Assembly (NCBI GenBank): GCA_965219095.1
Contig: CBDCMT010000001.1
Span: forward strand, 1,760,001 to 1,824,000
DNA from: Bdellovibrionales bacterium
GTDB taxonomy: Bacteria > Bdellovibrionota > Bdellovibrionia > Bdellovibrionales > UBA1609
Direction: 5' to 3'
DNA length: 64,000 nt
Both the position numbers and the translations under genes were made by a program. Numbering within the stretch: the stretch's first letter is position 1; every line of letters starts with the position of its first letter. Below the pieces are notes generated by a model that saw only the letters and a list, made by a program, of their open reading frames with translations, did no database searches and had not been told where the DNA came from. Below are positions 62,062-64,000 of the stretch, one piece after another.

Positions 62062-62131
62062 TAGTGCTTCCGTTTAAGTTTTTAGGTTTTCTTCTCTAGA
62101 GAATCGACCGGAAAATTAAGTGTATTCACTA
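62062..62131 (-). mobile_element. 70-bp MITE copy
   Basis: Reverse complement closely matches 17987..18056. Confidence 0.8.
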
Positions 62132-62309
62132 TATAAACAATGGGAAATTTTAAAGTGGTTTGTCCGAATAATAGGTTGCTGATTGAGAGGTAGAGAAAAA
62201 TTAAGAGTAAGTCTATGACTTCAAATCTTAGTGTTAGTTTTCCCTCAAGTTGGCGAGGTGTTTTTGATGTGAGTAAAACTATACAGCCTCCAAGCTGTAT
62301 AGCGAGAGA

Positions 62310-64000
62310 TTAATTTCTTAAAGTGTTAAACATTGACTCTAATTCTCGATCAGAAATTATATCAATATGATTTCTGTTACTACCATAACTTCCGGTTCCA
62401 TTCTCATCATAATCAGCATATTCTTGTTCTTGCTCTTGAGCCAAGCTTTCTAACTCATTGCTTAAGCCAGATTCAAAACCATAAGCAGATTCTATCTCTG
62501 CAAGTTCTTCTGCGACTTCTCTCATTTCAGAGCTACTATAGCTACTCTTATATTCACTAAAAGTTTCATCAATATAAGAGCATGCCTGATCATCAACGTT
62601 TTCTTTTGTTTCTTCATCAATAAAACTAAAACTATTAAGGAATTCTTTCACAATAATTAAATCTTGTCCGTCAATATCAGTGCAAAAAGCAACCTTAGCT
62701 CTTTCTAAAAGTAGTTCTCTATTTTCAAAATAGAGAGTTTGCTTTTCTTCAAATATCTTCAAACAATCTATAGCCTCAACCAAAGATATGGATTGTTTCC
62801 ACATGGGAGGCTCAATATAACTCCAAAAAATTTTTGAGAAATTCTTAAAGAAATCATTATTTTGGCCTATCATTTTTTCAGTAGAATTTTTAAATACTAT
62901 AGAGAAAGTAGGATTAAATTCTAAGAAATGAGCATTTTTTTTAGCCAACTTTATTTTAAGTATTTTACTTTTTATGGATTTAAAAATACTTTTAAAAACC
63001 TTTTTTTCACAAGACAGATTAAGAAGTTTACTTATTTGTTCTATGTATTTTGAATGGTTTAATAAATCAGTGAATAAATTTTTATTTTCACACAAGTATT
63101 CCTCTATAAAATCACTTATAGCTGGGTTAATAAATTTTACATAAATTTCATATCTATTGTAATTTTGTTTCCTTTTAGTAGAGATAAATGATCCTTCTAA
63201 CTCTTTAAGAGATTTTGTGAAATCATTGAGAGAAGTTTTAGATTGATGTTTTTTTGACAGTTCTTGTTTAAGAACAGTGTAGGAATCTTCTAATATGCCA
63301 AGTGAAATGTTGCCTTTAAAGCTAGCGATAGTTAAAATAAGATACTGAGCTACTGCTGAGAGTTGATTGAAAGCATGTCTCCAGATTTGCTCTGGATTAT
63401 CTAAATTCTCAATGAAGTATTTACTATATTCACTTGGAGTTACATTTTTTAGCTTATTTATTTCTGTCATTGTTTCTATTGATCTTGGGTTAAAGTTCTT
63501 ATGGCGTATAATATTCAAATAAGCTCTGTTATCAAGAAAGCTTTTTATATATTTTGTTCCTATGCTAGAGAAAAAAAGATGGTTGTATAGTATTTTTGCT
63601 TTATTATAGTCTGTGTATTTATCCAATTTTAAGACATACTTGTTCATATCTAGATTGGAACTAGACAGTCTTTCTAGAGAATCATAGGCTTGCTGTAAGA
63701 TATATTCTCTAGTTGTAAGTATTATTTTATGAGGGTTATTCTTTGAAGATATTTCCTCTAAAAAGCTTATGATCTTAGAGTCCTCATTTTTTTCTAACTT
63801 GCTTTCTAAAAATGTGGTTCCTAAAAAGTCATCATAATAGAATATGGTTTTATTTTTTGATCTTAAAAACTTATAACCTTCTCTTATATTGCTTGAAATT
63901 TTTGAAAATCTATATCCTCGTTCCATATAATAAAAAGAGCTCATTTCAGCTAGTGTAGTTTTTCCAACACCAGGTTCTCCTGAAATAACACAGCAACTTT
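62310..64000 (-). CDS. STAND-type P-loop NTPase (nSTAND3-like), 5' end outside the window
   Basis: Frame stays open upstream of the listed ATG: VISGEPGVGKTTLAEM; IFYYDDFLG, ILTTREYI, KAKILYNHL, NFNPR. Confidence 0.8.
   Translation of the reverse strand, partial: SCCVISGEPGVGKTTLAEMSSFYYMERGYRFSKISSNIREGYKFLRSKNKTIFYYDDFLGTTFLESKLEKNEDSKIISFLEEISSKNNPHKIILTTREYILQQAYDSLERLSSSNLDMNKYVLKLDKYTDYNKAKILYNHLFFSSIGTKYIKSFLDNRAYLNIIRHKNFNPRSIETMTEINKLKNVTPSEYSKYFIENLDNPEQIWRHAFNQLSAVAQYLILTIASFKGNISLGILEDSYTVLKQELSKKHQSKTSLNDFTKSLKELEGSFISTKRKQNYNRYEIYVKFINPAISDFIEEYLCENKNLFTDLLNHSKYIEQISKLLNLSCEKKVFKSIFKSIKSKILKIKLAKKNAHFLEFNPTFSIVFKNSTEKMIGQNNDFFKNFSKIFWSYIEPPMWKQSISLVEAIDCLKIFEEKQTLYFENRELLLERAKVAFCTDIDGQDLIIVKEFLNSFSFIDEETKENVDDQACSYIDETFSEYKSSYSSSEMREVAEELAEIESAYGFESGLSNELESLAQEQEQEYADYDENGTGSYGSNRNHIDIISDRELESMFNTLRN

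Larger units (their letters stand above)
37442..64000. mobile_element. Integrative conjugative element at tRNA-Pro (right border not seen)
   Basis: Integrase, Xis, coupling protein, relaxase-like gene, VirB4 and accessory cargo next to the tRNA 3' end. Confidence 0.8.

Noticed and set aside
1714..62560. Numerous 60-120 aa ORFs antisense to or overlapping long genes
   Set aside because: Shadow frames of well-supported genes, with no motifs or RBS
37415..64000. attR duplicate of the tRNA-Pro 3' end
   Set aside because: Not found by eye within the window; probably lies beyond 64000

Overview
AT-rich bacterial window, probably Bdellovibrionota-like. That assignment is inferred from gene content, sigma-28-type promoters and typical secreted proteins. 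The window has three parts. (1) 1-22.6 kb is a heavily decayed island abutting the 3' end of tRNA-Ala(TGC). It is full of IS relics (IS66, IS30, IS1634, IS5, IS630, ISAzo13, ISL3) and broken defence genes (SF1 helicase, type III Res). It retains one intact, translationally coupled four-gene operon: Septu-like ATPase, HNH nuclease, NspC-like PLP decarboxylase and DUF3326-like protein. This operon is the best candidate for an undescribed system. (2) 22.7-37.4 kb holds core genes (rarA, nrnA-like DHH, gloB, rpmG, mtaB, mnmA, cysteine desulfurase, ihfA, MerR-type regulator, tRNA-Pro). (3) 37.4 kb to beyond the window end is an apparently intact integrative conjugative element at tRNA-Pro(GGG). It carries an integrase, Xis, a ~165-nt branched hairpin, a coupling protein, a Replic_Relax-type relaxase, a miniature VirB-like operon led by a collagen-like lipoprotein, an iteron-like array, regulators, a Cys-repeat/BspA-LRR lipoprotein, a type ISP restriction-modification enzyme and a partial STAND NTPase. 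All family assignments come from motif recognition by eye; no database search was run.
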